A DNA stretch of 64,000 nt from Caloramator sp. (GCA_026416875.1 JAOAEI010000001.1:16-64015); one strand, 5' to 3'. Shown: positions 27,321 through 38,150, counted from the first letter of the stretch. Translations and numbers: made by a program. Notes: generated by a model from the sequence alone, not told the origin.

Positions 27321-28457
27321 TCATTTTTCTTCGCTGAAGGTAAGTTTTAAAGTTATCTTTTTGCCATTTCTATATATTACTGTATCAACTGTGTCTCCGG
27401 CTTTATACTTAGATTTTATAGCATCTATATCCTTAAGAGTTTTTATCTCCTGTCCCGCAAGTTTTACCAATATATCCCCTGCTTTTATTCCTGCATTATA
27501 AGCGCCGGTATTAGGTGTTACGGAGATAACATAAACACCCTGGGGGATATTATACATTTGTGCAATAGTTTCAGTTATTTCCCTTCCGGATATACCTATA
27601 AATGGTCTCCCTTTTACATATCCAAACATTACAAGCTGATCAATAATTGGTTTTGCATCGTTAATTGGTATCGCAAAGCCTAAACCTTCAAGGCCTGTTG
27701 AGGATATTTTTGCAGTATTAATGCCGATTACTTGCCCTCTTGAGTTTACAAGTGCACCTCCGCTGTTTCCAGGGTTTATTGCAGCATCGGTTTGAATTAG
27801 ATTCAATGTTCTATCATCTATCTGAATTTTTCTGTTTACAGCGCTTATTATACCTGCTGTTACTGAACCTGCAAAATCAAGGCCTAAGGGATTGCCTATT
27901 GCAACTGCAAGTTCTCCAACTTCAATGCTGCTTGAATCCCCAAGTTCAGCAACAGGAAGGTCGCTAAGGTCAACCTTTATCACTGCAAGGTCCGTCCTTC
28001 TATCTCCACCTATGAATTTTCCCTTAGTCTGCCTTCCATCTGGTAAAAATACCTCTAGTGTAGTATACTTGCTATAAGAATTTTTAGGGTCTGCGTATTC
28101 AACGACATGATAGTTTGTCATTATATATCCATTCTTATCGAAGATAATACCTGAACCTTCAGATTTATTTTGTGACATTACTTGGTTTATTCTATTTGGA
28201 ATAGTTATAGACATTCTAATTGCAACAATAGATGGGGAAACCTTTTTAACTATTTGAGGAATTGTAAGGCTTGTATTGGTATTTGTAGTGCTTTGAGTGG
28301 TTGTAAGGGTGTAATTTGTGCTAATAGGCTGATAGGACGTATTACTTTTGCTATTTTTATTGTAAAATTTAAAATAGAACATGGAACTTATTATACTTGC
28401 GGTTAATAAAGATGAAATTAATGCAGTTGAAATTATAATTTTAATATTTTTTTTCAT
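27321..28457 (-). CDS. htrA: HtrA/DegP serine protease with PDZ domain
   Basis: GSG, TNYHVV, DLAVIK, TDAAINPGNSGG; C-terminal PDZ; N-terminal TM. Confidence 0.93.
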   Translation of the reverse strand: MKKNIKIIISTALISSLLTASIISSMFYFKFYNKNSKSNTSYQPISTNYTLTTTQSTTNTNTSLTIPQIVKKVSPSIVAIRMSITIPNRINQVMSQNKSEGSGIIFDKNGYIMTNYHVVEYADPKNSYSKYTTLEVFLPDGRQTKGKFIGGDRRTDLAVIKVDLSDLPVAELGDSSSIEVGELAVAIGNPLGLDFAGSVTAGIISAVNRKIQIDDRTLNLIQTDAAINPGNSGGALVNSRGQVIGINTAKISSTGLEGLGFAIPINDAKPIIDQLVMFGYVKGRPFIGISGREITETIAQMYNIPQGVYVISVTPNTGAYNAGIKAGDILVKLAGQEIKTLKDIDAIKSKYKAGDTVDTVIYRNGKKITLKLTFSEEK

Positions 28458-28592
28458 GATCCCACCTCCAAGATTTATATTAAAATTTTAAATTGAAGAT
28501 AAGGTGGAAAAAGTATTAATTTTTTGTTAATAGTTTAATTCTTCTATATAATTATTATATTTTGTAAAATAAATTTTACAAGGAGGGTAATT

Positions 28593-28985
28593 ATGGAAGT
28601 TAATATTAGAACAAGCAAAAGGGAGGAGTTTATAAATATTACTTCCTATGTAAAAGGAGCTATTAAAGAATCAGGGGTTGAAAATGGAATTGCGATAGTT
28701 TTTGTTCCCCATACCACAGCAGCAGTTACTATAAATGAAAATGCTGATCCGGATGTTACAATTGATATTATAAATGGATTAAATGAAATAGTTCCAAATC
28801 TTAAAACTTTTAGGCATATTGAGGGGAATTCTGATGCTCATATAAAGGCATCACTTATTGGTTCCTCAGTTACTGTAATAATTGAAAACGGCAATTTAAA
28901 ACTTGGGACTTGGCAGGGAATATATTTTTGTGAATTTGATGGTCCAAGACTTAGAAAGTTTTATGTAAAAATTATAGAGGGGTAA
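28593..28985 (+). CDS. yjbQ: YjbQ / UPF0047 family protein
   Basis: HTTAAVTINEN, GNSDAHIK, LGTWQGI.FCEFDGPR. Confidence 0.92.
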   Translation: MEVNIRTSKREEFINITSYVKGAIKESGVENGIAIVFVPHTTAAVTINENADPDVTIDIINGLNEIVPNLKTFRHIEGNSDAHIKASLIGSSVTVIIENGNLKLGTWQGIYFCEFDGPRLRKFYVKIIEG

Positions 28986-29087
28986 ATTAAAAAGAGTATG
29001 AATAAAGCTGATTTTATCTCTGTTTATAAAATTTGAGTATTTTTGATATAATAAATATTAAAACTAAAGTAAAAATGAGGTGACGAT

Positions 29088-29738
29088 ATGAATAGGATAG
29101 GTAAAAGAATAGAGGAAGCAAGGAACAGATCTTCAATTAGCGTAAAGGAACTTGCTAAAAAGCTTGGAGTCTCTCCAAATTACATAATGGAAATAGAAAT
29201 GGGCAAAAAAATAATTAGTGAAGATATGATTAAAAGGATTGAGAAACTGCTAAACGTTAGTTTGAATGAAGATTTATACGATGAGGTTGCTGAACCCGTT
29301 GAAAACATAAAGGATTATGAAAATCTTCCGGTAAACAAAGAGATGGAGGAGGCCTTTTCAAATATATTAAAGAAAATCCCTGTATGCGATGTTTATTTTA
29401 AAGAAATATATGACTATAAAATGCTTCCTATAATAGATAAAAAGATTGAGGGATATAATGCTGAAAAGATAATTTTTATAAAGGCTCCAGATGATTCAAT
29501 GAGGGGATTTAGGATATTAAAGGGAGATAACATAATGCTCTTTAAAACCTCTGAGGTGGAGAATAATTCTATATGTCTAATAGAAATAGACAAAAAAAGA
29601 GTAATAAGGCAATTAAAAAGGCTTGATGCAAATAAAGTTTTGATAATAAGCCATGGTAATGATTTAAAAACTGAAACTTTAGATGTTAAATCCTTCACGG
29701 TGTTGGGTAAATGCATAAAATTAGAAGTAAATTTATAA
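29088..29738 (+). CDS. XRE HTH / S24-like transcriptional regulator
   Basis: N-terminal HTH (ELAKKLGVS..YI..IE.G); C-terminal DDSM..I..GD. Confidence 0.8.
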   Translation: MNRIGKRIEEARNRSSISVKELAKKLGVSPNYIMEIEMGKKIISEDMIKRIEKLLNVSLNEDLYDEVAEPVENIKDYENLPVNKEMEEAFSNILKKIPVCDVYFKEIYDYKMLPIIDKKIEGYNAEKIIFIKAPDDSMRGFRILKGDNIMLFKTSEVENNSICLIEIDKKRVIRQLKRLDANKVLIISHGNDLKTETLDVKSFTVLGKCIKLEVNL

Positions 29739-29965
29739 TGTTAATATTTAAACATCGTTTTTAAATTTTTATTAATAATTATGTTAAAAATAATATAAAA
29801 ATTAATATTTTAAAACAAGGGAAATAAGGTATTATCGTGAATTTGCGATTTTTAAAGATATTTATCTAAATAAAAAACGATGTTACATCCTCCTAATGTG
29901 ACAAATTATGACGTTATATATTTAACAATATATGTAAATTAAGAAAATTTTACAAATTTTAAATA

Positions 29966-29994
29966 TTGAATTATTCTGAAAAATGAAGTATTAT
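29966..29994 (+). promoter_or_regulatory. SigA promoter with overlapping CodY-like box
   Basis: TTGAAT-N17-TATTAT; ATTATTCTGAAAAAT (29970-29984) has 3 mismatches to AATTTTCWGAAAATT. Confidence 0.45.
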
Positions 29995-30031
29995 AATTTT
30001 TAAGTTTAATATTTTGTCAGGGGGGATGTAA

Positions 30032-31615
30032 ATGACCGAAAAAAGAGAAAACTGGGGAAGTAAATTAGGACTTATTTTGGCAATGGCTGGTAACGCGGTA
30101 GGGCTTGGTAACTTTTGGAGATATCCTTACCAGGCTGCAAAAAACGGCGGAGGAGCCTTCATGATTCCATATTTTGCAGCACTTATACTTCTTGGTATTC
30201 CTCTAATGCTTGTTGAATGGAATCAAGGAAGGTACGGCGGAAAATACGGCCATGGAACATTAGGACCAATGGTTTACCTTCAAGCAAGAGAAGGTGCAAG
30301 CCCAAAAGTTGCAAGAATTCTTGGTGGACTTGCTGGTGCTTTAGCTCTTGGAGTTACTGTTCTTCTTAATTCATACTATAACCATATAATTGGTTGGACA
30401 TTAGGATATGCCTTTGAAACTGCAACAGGCGGATATATGGACAAGGCTATAAATACTGGGGAATATTTTGTAAAGTATATCCAAAGTCCAGGAAAGGTTA
30501 TGGTATTTTGGCTTATTGCCCTTGCTGTATTAGGATTTGCAGTTATGAGGGGGATTCAAAAGGGTATTGAAGCCTGGGCAAAATTCATGATGCCAACTAT
30601 TTATGTATTTGGTATTATATTGATAATAAGAACCTTAACCCTTGGTGCACCTGTTAAGCCTGAATGGACACCGATTGCAGGGCTTAATTATATCTGGTCA
30701 CCAAGATGGCAGGATCTTAACTGGACGGCAGCCCTTGCTGCAGCAGGACAAATATTCTTTACATTATCCCTTGGAATGGGAATTATTCAAAACTATGCAT
30801 CATATTTAAAGCCTGAGGATGATATAGTTCTTTCGGGACTTGCAACGGTTTCATTAAATGAGCTTGCTGAAGTTATTTTAGGTGGAACGATAGCAATTCC
30901 AATAGCTTATACCTTCTTAGGACCTGAAGGATTGGGAGCAGGTGTTGGTTTATCCTTTATAGCTCTACCAAATATATTTAGACAGATGGCGGGAGGACAA
31001 ATATTCGGAACCTTCTGGTTCTTGCTACTATTCTTTGCTGGATTTACAAGTGCTATAGCTATGTATAACTATCTTGTTGCCCTCCTTGAAGAGGAAGCTG
31101 GAGTTCCAAGAAGAGTAGGTTCAGTATTGGTATTTATAATCTACATCATATTTGGTCTTCCTGTAGGACTTGAGCCAATTCTTACTAAGACTGCAGAGCT
31201 TGCATACCTTACTGAGCTTGATAACTGGGTTGGAAGTTATCTCCTTGTAATTCTTGGACTTCTTGAAGTTATAGTAACTGGATGGCTTTTAGGATTAAAG
31301 GGCCTTGATGAAATGAATAAAGGAAGCTTCTGGAAGGTATCTAAGACCTTCTACAATGTATTCATACAATTCTTAACACCAGTTGCTATAATAATTCTTC
31401 TCATATTCTCAACAAGGGACTACTTTAAGGCTGGATATTTCAAGTGGATACCAAGCTTTGTTGAAAAAACACCACAGCTTGTTCCATGGGTTTTATCTGC
31501 AAGATTTGTTATGTTTGCAGTTTTAATCGTTGGTTTCATCCAGGCTTATAGAAATATTGGCAAGAAATATGGACAGGAAATCATTGAGGGAAAAGTCCTC
31601 GTAAGGAGGGATTAA
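30032..31615 (+). CDS. NSS (SNF) family sodium:amino acid symporter, LeuT-like
   Basis: LGLILAMAGNAVGLGNF.R.P..AA.NGGGAFMIPY, GQIFFTLSLG, FAGFTS. Confidence 0.93.
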   Translation: MTEKRENWGSKLGLILAMAGNAVGLGNFWRYPYQAAKNGGGAFMIPYFAALILLGIPLMLVEWNQGRYGGKYGHGTLGPMVYLQAREGASPKVARILGGLAGALALGVTVLLNSYYNHIIGWTLGYAFETATGGYMDKAINTGEYFVKYIQSPGKVMVFWLIALAVLGFAVMRGIQKGIEAWAKFMMPTIYVFGIILIIRTLTLGAPVKPEWTPIAGLNYIWSPRWQDLNWTAALAAAGQIFFTLSLGMGIIQNYASYLKPEDDIVLSGLATVSLNELAEVILGGTIAIPIAYTFLGPEGLGAGVGLSFIALPNIFRQMAGGQIFGTFWFLLLFFAGFTSAIAMYNYLVALLEEEAGVPRRVGSVLVFIIYIIFGLPVGLEPILTKTAELAYLTELDNWVGSYLLVILGLLEVIVTGWLLGLKGLDEMNKGSFWKVSKTFYNVFIQFLTPVAIIILLIFSTRDYFKAGYFKWIPSFVEKTPQLVPWVLSARFVMFAVLIVGFIQAYRNIGKKYGQEIIEGKVLVRRD

Positions 31616-31616
31616 T

Positions 31617-31715
31617 ATGTCAGGTGCAGCATTAACCTTCATGATTTTAGCTTGGGGTGTTATAATAGGTGCTTGTTTAGTTACTTTAAGTTCACTTTTA
31701 AAGCATAGTAAATAA
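31617..31715 (+). CDS. MetS-like NSS transporter small subunit (32 aa, absent from ORF track)
   Basis: RBS AAGGAGGG; MSGAALTFMILAWGVIIGACLVTLSSLLKHSK, one TM helix, between the transporter stop and the terminator. Confidence 0.75.
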   Translation: MSGAALTFMILAWGVIIGACLVTLSSLLKHSK

Positions 31716-31719
31716 TAAG

Positions 31720-31746
31720 ATGCCTCCCTTTTGGGAGGCATTTTTT
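31720..31746 (+). terminator. intrinsic terminator
   Basis: ATGCCTCCC-TTTT-GGGAGGCAT plus T-tail. Confidence 0.85.
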
Positions 31747-31757
31747 GGAGGGATTAT

Positions 31758-32423
31758 ATGGATAAAAATTTATTGAAACTCTTGGAGGATATTAAAATAA
31801 AACTTCAGAGGAGCAATTTAAAAAACAGCGATAGATATTTAAAGGATATTGAGGATATAAAGGAAACCTATAAAACACTTCAAATAAAAGAAGAAAAAAA
31901 GATAATCTATGAAAGCATTATAAAGATGGGGAAGGATTTATTAAAGGAGGATAAGGATTTTAAAAATAAATTGGAGCTTTTTATAAGATATTGTAATGCA
32001 GCTGTTTATGATTTTAATGATAACATAAAGCCTCTGAAAAGGATTAACTTAAGCTTTACTATAAGCAGCATGCTCTTTATGATATTAGCACCGCAATATC
32101 TTTCATATTTACTACCTCTTCTTATGATTTTGCCTATATTTTTAGGTTTGAAGGGTATGAGAAAAAGAAGCCTAAACGGACTTATTTTAGCTTTATCAGT
32201 AATGCCGATTTCTATTTTAAACTCAGTTATAATTATTAAAAATGCTTATCTTGTAAGAAATAATTTTAATGTATTCTTAATGGATCTTGCAAAGACCTAT
32301 GGAAGATCATTGGAATTCGTTAAGGGACTTTTTATAACTTCAACTATTTTGGGGGTTATAATGTTATTTACATCAATTTATACTATTTATCTTGGTTATA
32401 AATACAAAAAGATGTTTGTATAG
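31758..32423 (+). CDS. hypothetical membrane protein
   Basis: RBS GGAGGG before ATG 31758; charged helical N-terminus and about 4 TM segments. Confidence 0.7.
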   Translation: MDKNLLKLLEDIKIKLQRSNLKNSDRYLKDIEDIKETYKTLQIKEEKKIIYESIIKMGKDLLKEDKDFKNKLELFIRYCNAAVYDFNDNIKPLKRINLSFTISSMLFMILAPQYLSYLLPLLMILPIFLGLKGMRKRSLNGLILALSVMPISILNSVIIIKNAYLVRNNFNVFLMDLAKTYGRSLEFVKGLFITSTILGVIMLFTSIYTIYLGYKYKKMFV

Positions 32424-32507
32424 GCTGCTATGTCAGCCTTTTTTGTTTGCACAAAATTAAAATGAGTGGTATATTATAGTATAAGCTGAAAATTTAGGGT
32501 GATGGTT

Positions 32508-33176
32508 ATGGAAAGGATAGTGGAAAAAATCAAAACAAATTATAGGGAAATAGCTTTTAGATTATTGTTTCTATTTTCAATTGGGGCACTAACAAAGATC
32601 TATGTTATTTTAAACAACTACAGGGGGAAGGTATTTCACCTTAAAACAGCCTTAGATTCTTTAATCCCCTTTAATAAATATTTTGTAGTTCCATATATTT
32701 ATTGGTATATTTATATGGCTGCTGTTTTTGTATATTTTGCTGTTACAGACGGTAAAAAATATTTTAAGCTTCTTTTTGGTATTATTGTAGGAATGATTAT
32801 ATGTTTTATTATATATTACTTTCTGCCAACTACTGTTCCAAGGCCTCCTATTAAAGGAGATGATATATTTATAAGGGCTGTAAATTTTATATATAAGAGG
32901 GACAATCCCTATAATTGTTTCCCAAGTATTCATGTTTTAGATTCCTTTTTAGCAGCGGTTTATATCAATAGGGAAGAAAATATTTCATATAAATTAAAAA
33001 TTATATCTTCATTTATATCCTTTTCCATAATTTTATCTACTCTTTTTATAAAACAGCATTATGTTTACGACGCTTTGTCTGCGATGGTTTTATCATATAT
33101 TATGTATTATGGTTTCAATTATAACGTTATAATTGAAAGGATAAGGCAAAAAACTTCAGTTGAGCTTAATGAATAA
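32508..33176 (+). CDS. PAP2-family membrane phosphoesterase (IPC synthase-like)
   Basis: PTTVPRP, NCFPSIHV, STLFIKQHYVYD. Confidence 0.85.
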   Translation: MERIVEKIKTNYREIAFRLLFLFSIGALTKIYVILNNYRGKVFHLKTALDSLIPFNKYFVVPYIYWYIYMAAVFVYFAVTDGKKYFKLLFGIIVGMIICFIIYYFLPTTVPRPPIKGDDIFIRAVNFIYKRDNPYNCFPSIHVLDSFLAAVYINREENISYKLKIISSFISFSIILSTLFIKQHYVYDALSAMVLSYIMYYGFNYNVIIERIRQKTSVELNE

Positions 33177-33201
33177 AGGCACCTTAGGGTGCCTTTATTT
33201 T
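33172..33201. terminator. bidirectional terminator
   Basis: AATAAAGGCACC-TTAG-GGTGCCTTTATT. Confidence 0.8.
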
Positions 33202-35069
33202 ATACTATTTTTTACGGATTCTTGCACGTCTCTAATTTTAATATTTTTATAGAAGAAATTTAGAATTTCTTGATATGTTTTACCTGAATTTGCAAGATTC
33301 ATTGCAGCATATTGGCTCATTCCGACTCCATGTCCATATCCTCCGCCAAATATTGTTATACTTTTTAGGCGTGTCTGTCCATATACTTTATCTATTATAA
33401 AGAAGGGAGAAGGAAGGCTTTTGATATTTTTAAGCTTTAGTCCTGAAATAGTTTCAATATTAAATTCCTTTGGAGTTATAATATATTTTATATTTGAAGG
33501 ACCTATTATTTTATACTGCTTATCATCGGTTACTATAATCATTTCCTGCGGAACACCGCTTTTGCTGCGTTTTGATATATAAATATCCTTTATTTTCCCT
33601 ATTCCATTCTCAGATAATGTTGCTTTTTTATATATGTTTAAGAACCATTTTTCTTTAATGCTATTAGGGTCCTTTAAATTTTTATTTAATATATTTTTAT
33701 TGATGGTTTCATTTAATGTGCTATAATCGATGGATATCTTCCATCTAAAGTATGGCGAAGAAGAATCTGCGGCTTTAATGGTCCAATCCTTGAAAAATTT
33801 TGAAGCATCTTCTTCTGAGGAAATTCCGTTTATATTTTGGTCGGTATAATTATTGAAATCCAAGTATGGCTTTGGATTGTAATCTTTTACCTCTTGATAG
33901 ACTTCATTATATGCTGCACCTAAACCGCAGGAGGTTGAGTAATATTTAGCGTCTATAATTTTACCTTCATAGGTTAAAACCTGTCCTTTAGTTTCTTCGA
34001 TAGCTTTGATACAAAGGTCATTTGTTGGCCTTTCGTTATAAACCTGACTTTGTGTTGTATCGTCTATGTTAAAACCATGTTTTGAAAATCTTCCACCTAA
34101 TATTTCAGATAGGGCATAGGTTCTTGCTGCAACTGTCTGAACCTTATATCCTTCTATTCCGCCATATCCAGGCATTTCAGATGGAACAACGTATTTTAAA
34201 TAATCCTCTATATTTACTTCGTTAATAATTCTAAGGTTTTTATCATTTAGGAATATTTCCAAACTTCCATAATATTCAGGGGTATATCCGTTTTCTCTTT
34301 TTAATGATGTAATAAGCACAGGATTTTCAGAAGTAATAAAAACCCTTTTATCGGTTATTATCATGTCTTTTCTTTTTTGATAGGATTCTTTAGAAGATTC
34401 AATAAGTATTTTAATTTTGTTGCCTGAGGCTTTAAAGGTTACATTTTCTTTTTTCTTAACATTTATTTGAAAGTCCTTTGAATATAAGGTAAAGCCTTTT
34501 TTAGATGTAATTGTAATAACGTTATGGTCATAGGAGGAAAAGTTATAGGTCGACAGACCGACTCTTATTTTATCTATAATTAGGGGTTCTGTAAGGATAA
34601 TTGCTTTTATGGTGTCTTCATCTAAAATAAATTGATAGGCCGATTGTCCAACTATTAAAAAGCTTTTTTTAGCCAATTTGTAATTATCATCGTCTTTTAT
34701 ATAATAATTTATATTTTGGGATATTTTATATATAGTGTCATCGATATTTAGATTATTAATATCCTTAGAATAAACTTTACCTGATATCGATTTTAAAGGC
34801 TTAAAATATACAGTTCTAAAACCCTTTAATTTTATTTGATAAGCTGCTGCTTCGATGAAGTCCTTTTTCCTTATGTTTACCCATTTTATATTTTCGCCAT
34901 AAACTATTTTTAACCTGTAATAATTTTTAAACTCCTTTTTTTCCGCAAGAAGACCGCAATCTATGTTAACTGGGAAAAAGAATAGAAAATATGCAAGGAT
35001 TGATAGTAAAATAAATGTTAATGGAATTATATATCTTAAAGGATTTTTGTTTTTCCTTTTTCTTCTCAT
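33195..35069 (-). CDS. SpoIID/LytB domain lytic transglycosylase
   Basis: EDYLKYVVPSEM, KVQTVAARTYA, QSQVY, GGGYGHGVGMSQY. Confidence 0.9.
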   Translation of the reverse strand: MRRKRKNKNPLRYIIPLTFILLSILAYFLFFFPVNIDCGLLAEKKEFKNYYRLKIVYGENIKWVNIRKKDFIEAAAYQIKLKGFRTVYFKPLKSISGKVYSKDINNLNIDDTIYKISQNINYYIKDDDNYKLAKKSFLIVGQSAYQFILDEDTIKAIILTEPLIIDKIRVGLSTYNFSSYDHNVITITSKKGFTLYSKDFQINVKKKENVTFKASGNKIKILIESSKESYQKRKDMIITDKRVFITSENPVLITSLKRENGYTPEYYGSLEIFLNDKNLRIINEVNIEDYLKYVVPSEMPGYGGIEGYKVQTVAARTYALSEILGGRFSKHGFNIDDTTQSQVYNERPTNDLCIKAIEETKGQVLTYEGKIIDAKYYSTSCGLGAAYNEVYQEVKDYNPKPYLDFNNYTDQNINGISSEEDASKFFKDWTIKAADSSSPYFRWKISIDYSTLNETINKNILNKNLKDPNSIKEKWFLNIYKKATLSENGIGKIKDIYISKRSKSGVPQEMIIVTDDKQYKIIGPSNIKYIITPKEFNIETISGLKLKNIKSLPSPFFIIDKVYGQTRLKSITIFGGGYGHGVGMSQYAAMNLANSGKTYQEILNFFYKNIKIRDVQESVKNSIK

Positions 35070-35172
35070 ATCATCACCTCAAACTTTTACTGTATTTATT
35101 TTACAATAATATTTTACTTTATAAAAGGGAATTTTTATTGTTGTCATACAAAAAAAATGCTAAAATAATTTT

Positions 35173-35198
35173 AGCCTACATCCTTTTGGAGTGGGACT
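35173..35198 (+). ncRNA. pan RNA motif-like leader hairpin
   Basis: AGCCTAC-A-TCC TTTT GGAGTGGG-A-CT: hairpin with bulged As in the 5' UTR of the pan operon. Confidence 0.55.
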
Positions 35199-35219
35199 TT
35201 TAAAAAAGAGGTGTTTTAT

Positions 35220-36062
35220 ATGAAGATAGGTTTTATTGGCGCTGGAAAGGTTGGTTCTGCCTTTGGACGCTATCTTTATGAAAAGGGCTTTAAAATCACA
35301 GGGTATTTCAGCAGGACACAAGATTCAGCAAGGGAAGCTGCTGAGTTTACGAGCTCTAATGTTCTCTCAATTAAGGAGCTTGTAGAAGCATCTAATTACA
35401 TATTTGTAACGACTCCGGATGGTGTCATATCAGAAATTTGGGAAAATCTTAAAAAATTCAATATCAAAGGTAAGAAAATATTTCATATGAGCGGATGCCT
35501 AAGTTCTGATGTTTTTATTGGTAGCAGGGACTTAGGTGTAGATTCATATTCTCTTCATCCCTTATATCCCTTTACAGATAAAAATTGTTTTGACAAATTA
35601 AACAAAGTTATATTTTCCTTAGAAGGGGAAAATATAGAGGATATAAAGGAATTTTTAGATAAGGCGGAGCTTAAATATTTCATTTTAAGCAAGAAGGATA
35701 AGGCTAAGTATCATGCGGCGGCAGTTTTTGCATCAAATTATTTAGTTGTCCTATCAAAGATTACTAAAAGTTTGCTTTTGGATTGTGGAATTAATGAGGA
35801 ATTTATTATAGATGCTATCTATCCTCTAATGGAGGGCGCTCTTTTAAATATAAAGGAAAAAGGGATAGAGGATGCCTTGACGGGACCTATTGTTAGAGGA
35901 GATCATAAAACTATAAATATGCACTTAGAGAGTTTAAGGGAGTATAAGGATATTTATAAAAAACTCGGACTTGTTGCCCTTGAAATTGAAAGGGGAAAGA
36001 TACCTGATGCTGAAAAGGCGAAAAAGCTTGATGAAATAGAATTTTTACTAAGGAGTGAATAA
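35220..36062 (+). CDS. panG: Rossmann/DUF2520 oxidoreductase, probable ketopantoate reductase PanG
   Basis: [33 protein letters not shown]; first gene of the panBCD operon. Confidence 0.8.
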   Translation: MKIGFIGAGKVGSAFGRYLYEKGFKITGYFSRTQDSAREAAEFTSSNVLSIKELVEASNYIFVTTPDGVISEIWENLKKFNIKGKKIFHMSGCLSSDVFIGSRDLGVDSYSLHPLYPFTDKNCFDKLNKVIFSLEGENIEDIKEFLDKAELKYFILSKKDKAKYHAAAVFASNYLVVLSKITKSLLLDCGINEEFIIDAIYPLMEGALLNIKEKGIEDALTGPIVRGDHKTINMHLESLREYKDIYKKLGLVALEIERGKIPDAEKAKKLDEIEFLLRSE

Positions 36063-36064
36063 AT

Positions 36065-36901
36065 ATGAAAAAAACAGTAGCCAGCTTTAAAGAAGCAAAA
36101 CAAAAAGGACAGAGGCTTACTATGCTTACGGCCTATGATTATTCAATGGCAAAACTTGTGGATGAAGCAGGAATAGATGGTATTTTAGTTGGTGATTCAT
36201 TGGGGATGGTGGCCCTTGGATATGAAAACACTCTATCAGTAACCATCGATGATATGGTTCACCATATAAAGGCAGTTTCAAGGGGGGCAAAAAATGCCCT
36301 TATAGTTGGAGATATGCCCTTTTTATCCTATCATGTATCAATTGAAGAATCTATTAAAAATGCAGGAAGGTTAATTCAAGAAGGGGGATGCCATGCCGTT
36401 AAGTTAGAGGGAGGAATTGAGGTTTTAGATAAGGTAAAGGCTATAATTAAGGCTCAAATCCCAGTTATGGGACATATCGGATTAACTCCTCAATCGGTGA
36501 ATATGCTTGGGGGTTTTAAAGTTCAGGGAAAGACTAAGGAGAGCATAAAAAAGCTCATAGATGATGCAAAATTCCTAGAAGATGCTGGAGTTTTTTCAAT
36601 TGTTTTAGAGGCAGTTCCAGATGAGGTCGCAAAACTAATTACGGAATCCATCTCAATTCCTACAATTGGAATAGGAGCAGGAAGATATTGCGACGGGCAA
36701 ATACTTGTTGTAAATGATATGCTAGGGCTTTTCAGCGATTTTATTCCTAAGTTTGTAAAAAGATATAGAAATCTTGGGGATGAAATTAAAGGTGCAATAA
36801 AGGAATATATAGAGGAGGTTCAAAGGGGAGATTTCCCAGAGGATTCCCACTCCTTTAAAATTGATAAAGACATAGTGGAAGAAATAAAAAGGCTTTACTA
36901 G
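36065..36901 (+). CDS. panB: ketopantoate hydroxymethyltransferase
   Basis: [27 protein letters not shown]. Confidence 0.97.
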   Translation: MKKTVASFKEAKQKGQRLTMLTAYDYSMAKLVDEAGIDGILVGDSLGMVALGYENTLSVTIDDMVHHIKAVSRGAKNALIVGDMPFLSYHVSIEESIKNAGRLIQEGGCHAVKLEGGIEVLDKVKAIIKAQIPVMGHIGLTPQSVNMLGGFKVQGKTKESIKKLIDDAKFLEDAGVFSIVLEAVPDEVAKLITESISIPTIGIGAGRYCDGQILVVNDMLGLFSDFIPKFVKRYRNLGDEIKGAIKEYIEEVQRGDFPEDSHSFKIDKDIVEEIKRLY

Positions 36902-36912
36902 GAGGTTTAAAG

Positions 36913-37758
36913 ATGGAGATAATAAGAAGTGTTATAAAAATGCAGAATAAAGCAAAGGAGATTTTAAGGGAAGGAAAGACTATTGGATTTGTTCCTACAA
37001 TGGGATATCTTCACGATGGACATAAAAGCCTCATTGAAAGAGCAAGAAAAGAAAATGACATTGTTGTGGTAAGTATTTTTGTTAATCCGACGCAATTCGG
37101 CCCTAATGAAGATTACGATAGATATCCAAGGGATGAGGAAAGGGATAAAAAAATATGCGAAGCGGCAGGATGTGATATAGTATTTATCCCTGAGAGGGAT
37201 GATATGTATGGAGGAAACTATTCAACATATGTTGAAGTTTTAAACTTAACGGAGGGACTTTGTGGTGCCTCAAGACCAGGACATTTTAGGGGTGTTGCAA
37301 CGGTTGTAACCAAGCTCTTTAACATAGTAAAACCAACAAGGGCATATTTTGGACAAAAAGATGCTCAGCAGCTTGCAGTAATTAAAAGGATGGTTAGGGA
37401 TTTAAATATGGATATAGAAATAGTCTCCTGCCCAATAGTTAGGGAAGAGGATGGTCTTGCTATGAGTTCAAGAAATACCTATCTTGATGAGGATGAAAGA
37501 AAGCAAGCCCTTGTCCTTTATAAGTCACTAAAGCTTGCGGAGAAAATGATAGAAGATGGTGAAAGGGATGTAGAAAGGATAAAGGACGAAATGATAAAAT
37601 TAATTAAAACCGCACAGGATGCTGTAATAGATTATGTGGAATTTGTCGACAATCAAAATTTAAAGCCGTTAGATAAAATAGAAGGAGAAGTTTTAATAGC
37701 CCTTGCAGTAAAGATTGGAAAAACAAGACTTATAGACAATACAGTTGTTAGAGCATAA
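36913..37758 (+). CDS. panC: pantoate-beta-alanine ligase
   Basis: [36 protein letters not shown]. Confidence 0.97.
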   Translation: MEIIRSVIKMQNKAKEILREGKTIGFVPTMGYLHDGHKSLIERARKENDIVVVSIFVNPTQFGPNEDYDRYPRDEERDKKICEAAGCDIVFIPERDDMYGGNYSTYVEVLNLTEGLCGASRPGHFRGVATVVTKLFNIVKPTRAYFGQKDAQQLAVIKRMVRDLNMDIEIVSCPIVREEDGLAMSSRNTYLDEDERKQALVLYKSLKLAEKMIEDGERDVERIKDEMIKLIKTAQDAVIDYVEFVDNQNLKPLDKIEGEVLIALAVKIGKTRLIDNTVVRA

Positions 37759-37769
37759 GGAGGATGATT

Positions 37770-38150
37770 ATGCTTTTAAACATGTTAAAGTCTAAGATAC
37801 ACAGAGCAACTGTTACGGAAGCCAATTTAAACTATGTAGGAAGCATAACGATAGATGAAGACCTTATGGATGCGGTAGGAATACTTGAAAACGAAAGGGT
37901 TCAGATAGTTAATATAAATAATGGCAAAAGGCTGGACACCTATGTGATTAAAGGAGAGAGAGGAAAAGGTGACATTTGCCTAAATGGGGCGGCAGCAAGG
38001 CTTGTTCATCCTGGGGATAAGATAATAATAATGGCCTATTGTTTTGTCGATGAAAAGGAAGCAAGAAGTTTAAAACCTAAAGTTGTTCTTGTCGATGAAA
38101 ACAACAAAATAGTTAAATTCCTACATGAGGAGCCTAGAAAGATAGTTTAA
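37770..38150 (+). CDS. panD: aspartate 1-decarboxylase
   Basis: [18 protein letters not shown] (G-S cleavage site), NGAAAR. Confidence 0.97.
   Translation: MLLNMLKSKIHRATVTEANLNYVGSITIDEDLMDAVGILENERVQIVNINNGKRLDTYVIKGERGKGDICLNGAAARLVHPGDKIIIMAYCFVDEKEARSLKPKVVLVDENNKIVKFLHEEPRKIV

Noticed and set aside
28524-28541. Possible Rex box TTGTTAATAGTTTAATTC between htrA and yjbQ
   Set aside because: The right half-site is poor, the DNA is AT-rich, and the flanking genes are not typical Rex targets
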